64,000 bases of DNA from Octopus vulgaris (GCA_951406725.2 OX597828.1:44888001-44952000); one strand, 5' to 3'; numbered from the stretch's first letter, positions 1 to 14,737 are shown. A program made the numbers and translations. Notes: generated by a model from the sequence alone, not told the origin.

Positions 1-89
1 CATATATATATATATATATATATAGCGAGAGAGAGAGAGAGATGTGTGTGTGTGTGTATAATCCACAAAAATGTGTGTGTAGTTATATA

Positions 90-487
90 GGTGCAGGAGT
101 GGCTGTGTGCTAAGTAGCTTGCATATCAATCACATGGTTCTGGTTCAGTCCCACTGTGTGGCACCTTGGGCAAGTGTCTTCTACTATAGCCTCAGGCTGA
201 CTAAAGCCTTGTGAGTGGATTTGGTAGATGGAAACTGAAAGAAGCCTGTCGTATATACATTTGTATGAGTGTGTATTTGTTTGTGCATCTGTCCCTGCAC
301 TATTGCTTGGCAACTAATGTTGGTGTATTTATGTCCCCCGTAACGCAGTGGTTTTGTAAAAGAGACCGATAAAATAAGTACTAGGCTTACAAAGAATAAG
401 TCCTGGGGTCTATTTGTTTTACTAAAGCTGGTGCTCCAGCATGGCCACAGCCAAAATGACTGAAACAGATAAAAGAATAAAAGAATA
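90..487 (+). mobile_element. tRNA-derived SINE family A, full length (~400 bp, internal TA/TG microsatellite)
   Basis: Head GGTGCAGGAGTGGCTGTGTG (A-box-like) and GGTTCAGTCCC (B-box-like), CORE-like CCTTGGGCAAGTG, (TAAAAGAA)n tail; about 25 full or partial copies in the window. Confidence 0.85.
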
Positions 488-1293
488 TAATCCAAATGTA
501 AAAACAAACAAAGAGCTTAGCTTATCGTTAATTGTAAGTTACAATTATCTCAATGCCACCATGTTTTTCTTTCCTCACTTTTTTTTTTTTTTTTGGCATG
601 GAAAAGTTGTGTGAAAAGCTTAGGGCAAAATTGTTGGGGTAAAATTTTTAGGGTAATGATACCTCACTTACCACCAAAGTGGGTGCTAAGCATACCAACT
701 GCTTAAAAGTAGTGTACTACAAAAGAACAAAAGTTAAGAACCCCTGCATTAGACCATCGCACCATGGTGTAGCTGTTGCTTAGATCCAGTCAACTCTGAT
801 AAACTAGACCTTTGTTCAAAGACTTTGCATCCATGACACACCTGATGCTTTTCAAGAGTACATCTCATACTATATAGTTCAATGAGTCGTTTTCTTTCTT
901 TAAAACATTGTTCTTGGCAACACATTAAAGTGAATCAGCTGCAAAGGCTGATACCTAGGAGTTCAAGAGTTTTAAGGAATATAGGGTTACACCCTAGTCA
1001 CCATTATTCTCAGGTATGATCTGATCCTGGGTGAGTCAAATAGCAGAAGATTGTTATGTGGCAAATGTGTACAGAATTCAATGGTAGGCTGGATCTTGTC
1101 ATGTGTCACACAGTTTTGCTGATGTATGAACATGCCCTGATGTTACAAGAAACAGTTCTCCTGCTTGAAAGTTAATTAAGCCCTGTGCCTAATCAATGTG
1201 TTGTAGGAATATTTAGCAATCAAATCCAGATCCCTGTATCTGATGTAAAAAAAAAAAAAAACAACTCAAGAATATAATCATGATTCAGTAGAA

Positions 1294-1452
1294 CAGTGGT
1301 TCCCAAACTATGAACGGAATCTTAGTGGGTCGCAAAAAGTTATAAAATTACGCATCAGCTTTGATTAACTGCTGTCTATCGATTTAAGTGGGTCGTCAAA
1401 AACTGGTGTGATAAATAGTGGGTTGCAACTCTAAAAAGTTTGGGAACCACTG
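1294..1452. mobile_element. hAT-type MITE
   Basis: TIR CAGTGGTTCCCAAAC / GTTTGGGAACCACTG; 8-bp TSD cagtagaa / cactagaa (7/8 match, central TA as in Buster/Charlie hATs). Confidence 0.8.
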
Positions 1453-1540
1453 CACTAGAACATTACCAGTGTCATAAAAAAAACTGACCATTCAAAACTT
1501 TATGTTGAACTAACAATTTCATTCATGGTATGCTTATTCT

Positions 1541-1773
1541 CCAGTGGCGAGCTGGCAGAAACGTTAGCACGCCGGGCGATATGCATCGCCGTATTTCATC
1601 TGCCGTTACGTTCTGAGTTCAAATTCCGCCGAGGTCGACTTTGCCTTTCATCCTTTTGGGATCGATAAATTAAGTACCAGTTACGCACTGGGGTCGATGT
1701 AATCGATTTAATCCGTTTGTATGTCCTTGTTTGTCCCCTCTACGTTTAGCCCCTTGTGGGCAGTAAAGAAATA
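1541..1773 (+). mobile_element. SINE family B (~230 bp)
   Basis: GGCGAGCTGGCAGAA head, GAGTTCAAATT B-box-like motif; 14-bp TSD ggtatgcttattct at 1527-1540 and 1774-1787. Confidence 0.85.
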
Positions 1774-2263
1774 GGTATGCTTATTCTGAGCAAGACCTCT
1801 GCTATTCAGAATATTTTAGCCACTACTGAGAGACAATAGACAGTAGACACCAGACTGGACACAGAAGACAGTAGCACAAGCAGCAGCTGACCAGAACACT
1901 TATGACAACTCAAAAACAATGATGGATGGTAGCAGCAACACACCAATGACCAGCTAACATCTTGACAGCTTATACTGTCATCCAGAGTCCAAGAACAATA
2001 AGCTTCAAACTATCTCAGTGTTTGTTGTTCATAGTAACAACATATTTTTTTTTGACTTATGATATGATTAAATATTTTTCCATCAAGAATCTCAAACAGA
2101 TTTCGGTGTTCTGTCTTGTAGCAAACTTTTAGGCAAGCCTGGAAGAGAAGTAGATTAGCAGAGTAAACTGATGGAAGGAAACAGGAAGCATTACTGTATC
2201 TTTTTCCAGAAAAAACCATGGCTTTTTAGACTTCGGTGTTGAGGTCCATGATTATTGATACCT

Positions 2264-2496
2264 ATTTCTTTACTACCCACAAGGCATTAAACACTGAGAG
2301 GACAAATAAGGACAGACAAACGGATTAAGTTGATTATATTGACCCCAGTGCGTAACTGGAACTTATTTAATTGACCCCGAAAGGATGAAAGGCAAAGTCG
2401 ACCTTGGCGGAATTTGAACTCAGAACGTAACGGCAGACGAAATACGGCTTCGCATTTCGCCCGGTCTGCTAACGTTTCTGCCAGCTCGCCGCCTTT
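2264..2496 (-). mobile_element. SINE family B
   Basis: Reverse complement of the 1541 copy; 15-bp TSD tgattattgatacct at 2249-2263 and 2497-2511. Confidence 0.85.
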
Positions 2497-3017
2497 TGAT
2501 TATTGATACCTGTACAGCAGGCATTGCATGAGAGAGAAAGAGGGAGATAGTGTGTGTGTGTGTGAGTGTTATTTTAAGGAATTTGTTTTCTATTTCTAGC
2601 GAGCCATGCAATTACTTAGACGCTTCTTCATTGGCTCATTCCCAAGCTTGGTGACCAATATTAGTGTTAAATCAATATAGCAATAAACATGCAGGAATCC
2701 TTTAAAGAATTCCTTATTTCCAAGACATCAATAACATTTTGGGAGAGTAATACTTGTCAAATAAGAATTATGAATGCGTATGTGTGTGTGTGTGTGTGTG
2801 TGTGTAAGTGTGTGTGTGTGTGTGTGTATGTGAGTACATGTTGGAGTGAAATTGAGGTTACTCTGTGTTCTCGGTTCTTAGACATGTCTTTTAATATTCT
2901 AGAGTGGAATCAAAGCCAGAAATAAACGGCAAAGGTTCAACCTTGTCAAACTCTTGGATGTCATGTTTAGTTGTTTTGCTTAGCTTTCATGTTCCAGTTC
3001 TTGTTCCATGGACATTA

Positions 3018-3049
<32 letters not shown>

Positions 3050-3157
3050 CTCACACATTTCTCTTCTAACATGATTTGTTCCTTCCCCTACCTTACTTTC
3101 TATATATATATATTTGTTGTTCTCTCTCACTTTCTCTGCCTCTCCATCTTCCTTTCT

Positions 3158-3585
<428 letters not shown>

Positions 3586-3847
3586 CCATTAAACTTTTGC
3601 CTTCTTTTTTTCTGTTTCACTTTCTGTGAATGCCTTATTTAATTTCTTCCTTTCTCTCACTATCATTTTCTCACTTCCACCTCCCCTCCTTCCCCTCCAA
3701 TCATCATCATCATCGTTTTAGATATATATATATATATATATTATTTATATATATATATTTATATGTATATGTATATATATAAAAAAAAAAAAAAAAAACT
3801 ATATATATATATATATATATGTATATTATATATATATATATATATAT

Positions 3848-3915
<68 letters not shown>

Positions 3916-3924
3916 TGCATGCAT

Positions 3925-3967
<43 letters not shown>

Positions 3968-4549
3968 AAATCTCTTCATAGATTACAAAGTTTTCCTCCG
4001 GTGCAGTTATGTTCCCACTTGTTGCAGTCTTTTACCATTCTGTTTTATGAGGTTTGCCTTCTGAGATCAATTTCCCATGCACACACAACACCACTTCCTA
4101 AATCTTCCTTGGTTTTCCTTCTCTACAGATTGCTTCCAAAGCTATCACTTCATTCTTTTTTTTTTTTCTTTTACCCAACAGTCATCCTACATACACAACA
4201 AAACTTGCGTGCATCTGCTCAGTCCTTTCTCGGTTACACTACATCTGATTCCTCTTAACCTATCATCATCATTCATCATTGTTCGACCGTGGTCGAGACA
4301 ATGGAATTTACTATGTTACGCCAGACTTCACGGTCCATCATGGCATTACGGAGGTCCTGTTGCTGGATGCCTGTATCCCTGGAGATTACATCAGGGTAGG
4401 AGAGTGTGCGCCCTCTGGTATTGCGAGTAGATGGCTTCCAGAGGAGAAGAGTAGAAATTGCCTTGTTTTCAGCTCTACAACAATGTCCAGCAAACAGCCC
4501 ATAAAAAGATGAAGTCTTAAAATTTCACTGTATTTAGAATAAATTTTAT

Positions 4550-5380
4550 GATAAACAAATCAAAATCACTGATGTGGCCAATGACAGAACTGCCTGATTG
4601 GTACTCATGCCAGTGGAACGTTAAAAGCACCTCCGAGTGTGATCGTTGCCAGTGCCATGGATTGGCTCCCGTGCCGGTGACACATGGAAAGCACCTTTTG
4701 GAGCATGATCGTTGCCAGTCCCATGGATTGGCTCTCGCCCGTGCCGGTGACACATGGAAAGCACCATTCGAGTATGATCGTTGCCAGCGTTGCCTTGCTG
4801 GCACATGTGCCAGTGACACGTGAAAAACAACATTTGAGCGTGATGGTTGCCAGTGCCACCAGACTGGTTCCCATGCAGGTGGCATGTAAAAACACCTTTT
4901 GAGAATGGTCGTGGCCAGAACTGCCTGAATGGTAATTCTGGCGGCAGGCTGGCAGAATCACTACCATGTCTAGCAAAAGGCTTGGCTGCATTTCATCTGC
5001 CGTTATGTTCTGAGTTCAAATTCTGTCGAGGTCGACTTTGCCTTTCATCCTTTCGGGTCAATAGATTAAGTACCAGTTATGCACTGGGGTCGATGTAATC
5101 GACTTAATCCCTTTGTCTGTCCTTGTTTGTCCCCTCTATGTTTAGCCCCTTGTGGGCAATAAAGAAATAAGAACTGCCTGACTGGCCCTCATGCCAGTGG
5201 CACGTAACAGCACCCACTACACTCTCGGAGTGGTTGGTGTTAGGAAGGGCATCCAGCTATAGAAACATTGCCGGATCAGACTGGAGCCTGGTGCAGCTTC
5301 TGGCTCACCAGTCCTCAGTCAAACCATCCAACCCATGTCAGCATGGAAAGTGGACGTTAAACAATGATGATGATGATGCT
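4550..5380 (+). mobile_element. RTE-like LINE 3' UTR (family C) with ~50-60 bp tandem units, interrupted by SINE B
   Basis: Repeated GTGCCRGTGRCACRTRAAAAGCACC units; ends GGACGTTAAAC...(GAT)n; the same tail follows RTE ORF ends at 15060, 39550 and 61115. Confidence 0.75.
4929..5169 (+). mobile_element. SINE family B nested in the family C tail
   Basis: 12-bp TSD agaactgcctga at 4917-4928 and 5170-5181. Confidence 0.8.
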
Positions 5381-5492
5381 GATGGTAAGCTTTCACGATC
5401 TGGAAGAGAAAGATAATATGCAACTGTTAGCTGCGGGTGTCGACTACTTACTAAATATTTTGCATGCTCAGTCAAAATATTTCATTATATAA

Positions 5493-5635
5493 ATCATCAT
5501 CATCATCGTCGTCGTTTAGCGTCCGTTTTCCATGCTAGCATGGGTTGGACGGTTCTACTGGGGTCTGTGAAGCCAGAAGGCTTCATCAGGCCCAGTCAAA
5601 TCTGGCAGTGTTTCTACGGCTGGATGCCCTTCCTG
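5493..5635 (-). mobile_element. RTE-like family C 3' terminal fragment
   Basis: (CAT)n then CGTTTAGCGTCCGTTTTCCATGCTAGCATGGGTTGGAC. Confidence 0.75.
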
Positions 5636-6521
5636 AATATATATATGATGCGCTTCTTTTAGTTTCTATCTACCAAATCTACTCACAAGGCTTTGGATGA
5701 GCCAAGGCTAAAGCAGAAGATACTTGTCCAAGGTGCCACACAGTGGGACTGAACCTGGAACCATGGGGTTGGCAAGCAAACTACTTACCACACAGCCATA
5801 TATATATATATATTACATAATTCATCTATTAACAATATACATCTGTGAAGTATTAAATATATTCATAATATTTATGTAGGTAAAGAGTAACTAAATGATA
5901 TTTAATATTTTTAATTAAGAATTACATTTATTGAGCTGGTTTACAAAATAATTTTGCCTGCCACGGTGACATATCTCTTATAATTTACCAAATTTCCAGA
6001 GTTCAACTTTGGTTTTATGAAGTGTGGCTCCAGAGCTTGATAGCAGCAGATTGATAAACACATAGAAATAACAGATGAGAGAGAGAGAGAGAGAGACAGA
6101 CAGAGAGACAGAGAGAGAGAGAGAGAGAGAGGGAGTGACAGAGAGAGATAGAGAGGGAGAGGGGGAGAATGGAGAGCAGAATAGGAGCATGAAATGTAGA
6201 TTATGAGAAAGTCAAACAGAGCAAAAGAGAAAGAAAAGAATACTTAGAGGGTGAGAGAAAGAGGGAGAGGGGGAAAGTGAGAGAGAGAGAGAGAGTGGGG
6301 AGAGAGAGAGAGGGAGACAGAATGAGTTGGTTTAGTCGTGTGATGCATGAAAAAGAGAGGAGTTGGTAAGATTCATTGATGTAATGGTCCCTGAGTGAGG
6401 CATAAACGCATATAAAAACTTGGAATAAAATATAAGAAGTAGGTTACTATGAGCAATACAATCACAAGGTATGCATACGTAAATATATACACAAACACAC
6501 ACACATACACACCTACTTCAC

Positions 6522-6553
<32 letters not shown>

Positions 6554-6851
6554 CACATACATATATACATACATACATATATACATACATACATACATAC
6601 ATACATACATACTTACATACAGGCATGTATGTATGTCTGTGTATATGTATGCATATATGTGCGTGTATATAGTTTTATGTGTTTGTGAGTGTGTATGTTG
6701 TGAATGTTTCTACAATCTTTTTTTACCAAAGTCATTACAAAGATATATATATATATATATATTTCTTCCTTTTTGGTTTTTCATATCGATTAGTTTAGTT
6801 GCAGAAGAAAGCATGTCTTTGCATATTGGTCCATATATAATGTGTGGCTAT

Positions 6852-6902
<51 letters not shown>

Positions 6903-7099
6903 CATTTACATACATATATATATGTGTGTGAGTATATATATGTGTGTACATATATACATATGTATAAATCAAAAGGTATGTATATGTATGTCTGTGTATG
7001 TGTGCATATGTATGTATGTGCACACATACATATATATATGTACATATATATATATATGTATATATATATACACGTACACACAGACACACACACACACAG

Positions 7100-7130
<31 letters not shown>

Positions 7131-7132
7131 GT

Positions 7133-7166
<34 letters not shown>

Positions 7167-7526
7167 CAAAATACATACATACATACATACATACATACAT
7201 ACATAGACAGATAGATAGACACACATATACACACACATGTGCATGCACACATTACCTATGTGTGTGCATTTATAGCAATCAATTACAGAGACATTGATTC
7301 TGCTTTTGCAAGAATGCAAGAAATGAATGACAGAAGGGATTTTGAATATCTAAGGTGAAAGTGAAAGTAGACGGAGAGGGAAGTGTGAATGAAAGCATAA
7401 ATGGTAACAGCAATGATAGCAACAAAGAGTGAAGAAGAGCTAGAGAGAATGAGCCATCATCAAAGTTCGGATATTGCAGAATTTTATATAAAGTGATTGT
7501 GTAATGCTGTGTGTCTGTGTGTGTAT

Positions 7527-7623
<97 letters not shown>

Positions 7624-7665
7624 CACACATATATATATATTTATGTACATGTATATATATGTATG

Positions 7666-7716
<51 letters not shown>

Positions 7717-8030
7717 GTTATATAAATTTATATATATGTATATGTATAAATACACATACACCCACACAAATTTCATTCATAAAAGTAGTTGCAATGAAAA
7801 CTGGGAAAAAACTGCTCAGTATAATCCTTGACACCTAACCTCCGAGAAAGTTCTAGATTATTTTCAGATCTTTCTCTGTCTGTCTGTGTGTATGTGTGTA
7901 TGAGTGTGTGTGTATTTGTGTGTGTTTATTTTGTGTGTGTGTGTGTATTTGTGTGTGTATGTGTGTGTATGTGTAATCACACACATACTGTTGGTGATTT
8001 CTTTTCCTTCTTTGGACTTTCCCCTGTCTC

Positions 8031-8065
8031 CTTTCCGATGAAGAGCTATGCTCGAAATGTCAAAC
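8031..8065 (+). ncRNA. Decayed minimal type-I hammerhead motif in a Penelope-like repeat
   Basis: ttt-CCGATGA-a-GAGC tat GCTC-GAA-ATGT-C-aaa; differs from the canonical core at U4 and in helix III. Confidence 0.5.
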
Positions 8066-8180
8066 TCCCTCTTTCCACCAAGCATCAAGCCAATACATCT
8101 CTTGTACATGTCCTCTCGTTGTCTGTTAATTTCATTATTCATTTTTTTTTAATTGATTGTTTATTTGAATTGACTTCATA

Positions 8181-8630
8181 CACGAGGGGAAGTCAAAAAT
8201 TATCCGCACTTTCACCATAACATATCTTTATTATTGTCACACTGCCTTCTGCACATGTGTGCTTATAGATGATACTATTGTGGTCACGTGGTCAAAGTTT
8301 GAGCCTGATCCCATCATATTTCTTCCTGACTTTCTCTCTTTCAGGAGCAAAGCTGCTCCACTAGCAATGTGCACCAAACAAGAATTAAGAGCAGTGATAT
8401 GATTTCTCTGGTCAGAAGGTGTGTCAGGGACCGAAATTTATTGGAGGCTTTTAGCACTATTGGTTAATGGTTCCAATGGTCTAGGCAGTCATGTGTCGGT
8501 ATGCCTTGCCATGCAACAACAAAACTTTCTTTGGCATTTGGTATGAATTGCTGGCTTTTTTTTGTTGGCCAACAAAGCACTGTATCTTGCACTGTTGATC
8601 GTACACCTCTTTTCCAGCATCTGATACACC
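8181..8630. pseudogene. Rearranged mariner remnant (irritans-like): 5' TIR and N-terminus on +, catalytic fragment on -
   Basis: TIR CGAGGGGAAGTCAAAAATTATCCGCAC; + strand MCTKQELRAVI*FLWSEGVSGTEIYWRL; - strand TINSARYSALLANK..PAIHTK followed by a decayed VLLLH region. Confidence 0.65.
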
Positions 8631-8809
8631 TGCGGTCAAGCTGCAGCACTGCCTTTAGTCGAACTAATCGAACCCAGGACTTATTCTTTGTAAGCCTAAT
8701 TCTTATTCTATTGGTCTTTTTTGCCAAGCTGCTAAGTTATCAGGGATGTAAACACACCAAAATTGGTTGTAAAGCAATGGTTGGGGGACAAACACAGACA
8801 CATAAATAC

Positions 8810-8840
<31 letters not shown>

Positions 8841-9051
8841 CTAGAGTAATCACATAAATGTGAAGCAAGGTGGAAAAAATAGTACTCGAATACCAGAGGT
8901 AGAGTAATATGCTTTATTAAAAAGCACCAAAAATATCACAAAAACTGATATTCAGAGTTTCACGTTCCTGTTCGTTGGACAGTCTTGTTAAGAATCTAAC
9001 CAAAACTGTCTGACAAACAGGAATGTGATATTTTTGCTGCTTTTTAATAAA

Positions 9052-9102
<51 letters not shown>

Positions 9103-9276
9103 CATATATATATGATGGGCTCCTTTCAGTTTCCATCTACCAAATCCACTTACAAGGCTCTGGTCGGCCTGAAGCTATAGTAGTAGACACTTTTCCAAGA
9201 TGCCACGCAGTAGGACTGAACCTGGAACCATGTGGTTGGTAAGCAAACTACTTACCACACAGCCACTCCTGTGCCT
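8630..9276 (-). mobile_element. SINE family A split by an insert in its internal (TA)n
   Basis: 3' half 8630-8835 and 5' half 9053-9276, colinear with intact copies. Confidence 0.8.
8836..9052. mobile_element. Fold-back insert between (TA)n tracts, probable Penelope-like pLTR
   Basis: Inverted arms GCTTTATTAAAAAGCACCAAAAATATCACA / TGTGATATTTTTGCTGCTTTTTAATAAAG; hammerhead-like core across the arms. Confidence 0.6.
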
Positions 9277-9876
9277 ATTCACACATCCACTCCTGAAATT
9301 TTGAATTTAGTTTATGGACCACCCAGTATTACTTTTGTGGACCACCAGGGTTCCACAGACCACAGGTTGGGAACCAGTCACTTCTTAGAATTGGTATTCT
9401 TCATCCCTTTGAGTTGTGAAAGGTAACTGAAAGGATTAGTGGCAGGAAGATTATGTTTATGGAAACCTTTTCCAATGCATGATAGAATATAAAAAGACCC
9501 AATTTGAAATGGTGATCATTATAATGACCATGAGGATAATTATGGTGGTGGCACTGGTGGTGATGATGGTTATGATGACAATGTTGAAGGAGATAATTAT
9601 GGTAGTGATAACAACAATGACGATGACATATCAATTATTGATATATGACTTTATCTCTGATTGTATATCTTCCCCCTTTTCATGTCTGAGTCTTGTTTCT
9701 GTGTATGTGTATGTTCAAATACATATATTTGAACATAAACAGCGGAGAATTTTTCCAGAATTTTTTTGCTACCCTAAAATTTATTAATTAATGATAAAAG
9801 GATTTTTTGGCTAATTTTGAAATTAAATCGGCAGTTATATTTACTGCTGAGAAACCGCGCAAGAGTGGTGGATTTT

Positions 9877-9947
9877 GAAAAGTTATAGCATATAGACTCG
9901 AGGCATGATCCTTATCGCCTCTTGCCTATATGCTAGCCTTGGCTTTC
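9877..9947 (-). ncRNA. Pre-miRNA-like hairpin (candidate)
   Basis: TAGCATATAG/CTATATGCTA plus GAGGC/GCCTC symmetric stem with a 12-nt loop, in non-repetitive sequence. Confidence 0.35.
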
Positions 9948-10150
9948 TGTTGAAGAGGCAACGCCAATCGTAAATAATTTTATTTTGTTTACAAAAGATT
10001 GCCGAAATTATGCATAGTCCAGAATTCTGTTTCCATTTCAGAATTACAACTATTAGTGGTTTGGAGTTTAACTGCTTTTTCTAGTGAGACAGATGTCCTA
10101 TTATGGCCCATCTCTTATATGTTTGAATTATATATATATATATATATAAT

Positions 10151-10780
10151 CATATCAAAGGGAAATGGAATTTAATTAAATTTAAAATATTCAATCAAAA
10201 TTTACATTTCCAGTGGTCTAACGTGCAAAAAAATTAATCAAGAAGACTATATATTAGTTATACGATATAGTGCATATTTATACACATAAGGAATCCACTT
10301 AGCGTGAGATTCAACACATTAGAGAGAATATCTAGGTTCTATAAACCACAAAAATAACGGATAAAATTCGACAGGAATAAATTTGGAAATGAAAAACATT
10401 TACCTTCTAGTACCCCGGACCAAATTGGTTTCTGATCTTCTTTTAGCAAGTCAGGGGAACTCGCTAGGTCTGATCTTCTTCGGCGAGGTCCAACCTAGGG
10501 TTAAACGTATAAGAGACAGGAGACAGGCACCGCTACTTGTCTCGTGTTTATACGAACTTACTTTTTTTCACGTTAGACCACTGGAAATGTAAATTTTGAT
10601 TGAATATTTAAAACTTTTTAAATATTTTAAATCGCCTTTAGTCGAGCAAATCGACCCTGGGACTTATTCTTTATTTTATCCATTATTTTTGTGGTTTATA
10701 GAACCTAGATGTTCTCTCTAATGTGTTGAATCTCACACTAAGTGGATTCCTTATGTGTATAAATATGCACTATATCGTAT
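10151..10780. repeat. (TA)n-flanked insert with two interleaved inverted duplications
   Basis: ~10180-10232 inverted at ~10562-10612; ~10259-10367 inverted at ~10673-10780. Confidence 0.8.
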
Positions 10781-10906
10781 ATATATTTATATATATATAT
10801 ATATGCTTATATGTGTGTATGTATGTCTGTGTTCATATCTATATATGAAGAGAAGCAAAGAATCTATATGGTCAGATTCCCAGATTTTGTGGCATATTTA
10901 CATACA

Positions 10907-10946
<40 letters not shown>

Positions 10947-10994
10947 TGTATATATATATATATATACACACACACATATACATACACATATACA

Positions 10995-11047
<53 letters not shown>

Positions 11048-11759
11048 TGTAATCACGTGACCAACCAGTCTATCAGATGTTGCTACACATCGATGGTCAC
11101 AATGCGCTTCGCATTGTTTTAGCCTTCAAATGATGCCACCCCGCTGGCTAAACGAGCATGCCAATATATATATAAAATAATAATAATAATAATTGATGAA
11201 GGAAACAGAAGATAGATTCAGCAATAGTCTTTATTCAGTACAACGATCATTTTGGCCCATCCTGCAGCTGTCTGTTATGGGTAGCATATTGTGCATCTGA
11301 CTGTGTTGCATCAATTTGTGCAGTTTGTATCAGATCAGATACATGCATAAAGAAAGGGATGTCCCTCTAGATATACTGAGCTGTCCTAGGCATGTTGTTC
11401 TTGCTTGCTGTATTTTGGTTATAACTGGCTAAATTCCTGCAGAATTCCTGATGTAGGTCCCGAGGAAATATGCCCCAACCATGGATGACACCAGGTAGCC
11501 CAAACTGTGGATGTGCTTTACTCAACACACTAAATGACATATACTCATGAGTCCGAAAAATCACACACACACTCACATATTCCCTTTCTGGGCAGAGACA
11601 CTGATCTGTCACAGGATCACTCATTTTTCCAGCTGAGTGCCCTTAAATTATGTCAAATGAGATGTTTTGCTCAAAAATAAAATACATTGCCCAGTTTAGA
11701 AATCAAAACCAGAATCTTATGATTATCAGTGCAACATGTTAACAACTAAGCCATGTGCC

Positions 11760-12280
<521 letters not shown>

Positions 12281-13169
12281 ACGCACTCATACATTTATAT
12301 GTATGTATGAAGACACGCATGTAAACATGAAATGAAAGTGATAAGGAAATTTTTTATTATTTAAAAAAATGGCATAAAAGAAAGTTGAAAGAGTTTATAG
12401 AAATCATAATATAATTATTGAAGATAAGGAAAGAGAAGTGGAAAATCCAACAAAGAAACGGAGGGGAAAAAATACAAAAGACGAGCTACTTTCCTAATGT
12501 ACACACTTGCGTGTGTATATATCTGCAGGCTTGTATGTGTACTTGTTAGTGTGTGTATGTATGCGTATGTGTGTATCTGTTTATATGTAGGATGATAGAT
12601 ACAGAAGTAAACTCATTCATAAATAGAAAGATGAAGATAAGTAGGTACAAAGATAGATAAGTAAATAGATAGACCTACCAGTGCATACATATATACACAT
12701 ATGTTATATATGCACACATCATATATCATATAATATATATGAATATATATATATACACACACACATATATATACACACACACACACACATATATGTAGAT
12801 ATATGTATATATGAGGGTGGTGTATGTATGTATGTATATATGTATATTGATATTGATAAGTATAAGAAAGTAAAATTTACACAAATAGCTGACTGAAAAT
12901 AAAACTGAAGGAGGTCAACTTTTAAAAGTACAACTTTCTCATGGTTCGATGTTGTTTAGTACAGAGTAGAGTTGAACGTTTTATTTTACACATGGACACA
13001 CATACTCACACAGACGTGCACACACACTCACACACACGCAAACACAAAGACTGTTATACATGCATATTTCACATATGTTTCACACTACATAGTCATGATT
13101 ATGACTGTGTACTGCCTACTAATCAACCTATCTATCTGTCTGTCTAACTAACTCTGTATAATCCATATG

Positions 13170-13218
<49 letters not shown>

Positions 13219-13274
13219 ATATATATATATATACACATATATGTATGTATATATATGCTTGTGTGTATACATAC

Positions 13275-13305
<31 letters not shown>

Positions 13306-13493
13306 CACACACATATATATGTATGTATATATATGTGTATATATAGTATATATATGTATATATAAGCGAGAGAGATATAGATATATATGCATATACATAC
13401 ATGCATTTATATATACACACACATATACAAACATGCATACATGCATACATACATACATACATACATGCATACATACATACATATATACATGCA

Positions 13494-13529
<36 letters not shown>

Positions 13530-14429
13530 TATACATGTATATATATACATTCAAAAGTGATACCTCAAGAATTCAGTCACTATTACCATCTACAAGTCAC
13601 TTTCAGGGCACATGACCATTTAACATCCTACTATAATACCATGCCCACATTCTTCTTCTTCTTCTTCTTCTTCTTCTTCTTCTTCTTCTTCTTCTTCTTC
13701 TTCTTCTTCTTCTTCTTCTTCTCCTCCTCTGCCAAGAATTCACGAAGACCTCGAACTCACAAGAGTAAAGAAGAGAGACAGACACAGGCAGAAACAAGGA
13801 AAATGCCACTTGTATTTGAATACTACGCAAATATCCTTTTTAAAAAAGCTTTTCTTTTAATTTTTCCAAATTTTAACTGTTTTCCATATTTACAGTTGCA
13901 AAAGTTTCAATGACTGAAACTGGTACAAAAATGGGGTTTTTTTTTAATAAAATTATTTTCACATTTTCTACCTTGACTTATTTTCCCTATACTTGTTCCA
14001 CGTCCTTGCGTTGTTGTGTTTTCTCTTTGTGTTTTCATGTTTGGATCAACTATACATATATATATATATATATATATATAAGAAATACAAAAGTGGGGTT
14101 CAAAATTCACAACAGCTGTTTCAGCAACATTTTATCGATACATTCTTAGATTATGTCATTGAACCCCCACCCCGCCCCACCCATGATCAGGTAAATTTTA
14201 AAACATAAAAACAAATAAAATAGAGAGGAAGATGATGACCAGTGCAGAAAGCTACCATAATGATAAAACCCTGAGATGGATCTGTGCTTTATATTGTATT
14301 TGGTACCTAAGTGTATATGTCTTCGTGTATATATTTGTATATATAAATAGATGTGTGTGTGTATATACATAATTATAAATATACTACCAACAAATAACAA
14401 GTTGTGTGGGGCCACATCAAACTGCTTTA

Positions 14430-14467
<38 letters not shown>

Positions 14468-14737
14468 TGGTGACGATGTGCATGTGTTTGTTTGTGTGTG
14501 TGCGCGTATATATTGATGCGTATGTATCTTTGTGCTTAGATCCCATCACTGCTCTTGACCCCTAATGTTGGTTTGATTTTTTTGCTGTTAAGTTAGAAGT
14601 TCATTTGCACAATAAGACCCTTGAAGGCAGTGCCCTAGTATGGGCACACTCCATTGAATGAAACATGCAAATGATAATGGAGGAAGATACAATCTTCAAA
14701 AAAAGAAATCATGGACTGGACACTGTAGATCTCAATA

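Noticed and set aside
5380-5430. Strong-looking minus-strand acceptor (ctaac...ttctcttccag)
   Set aside because: It runs straight into a LINE tail; no exon can be defined
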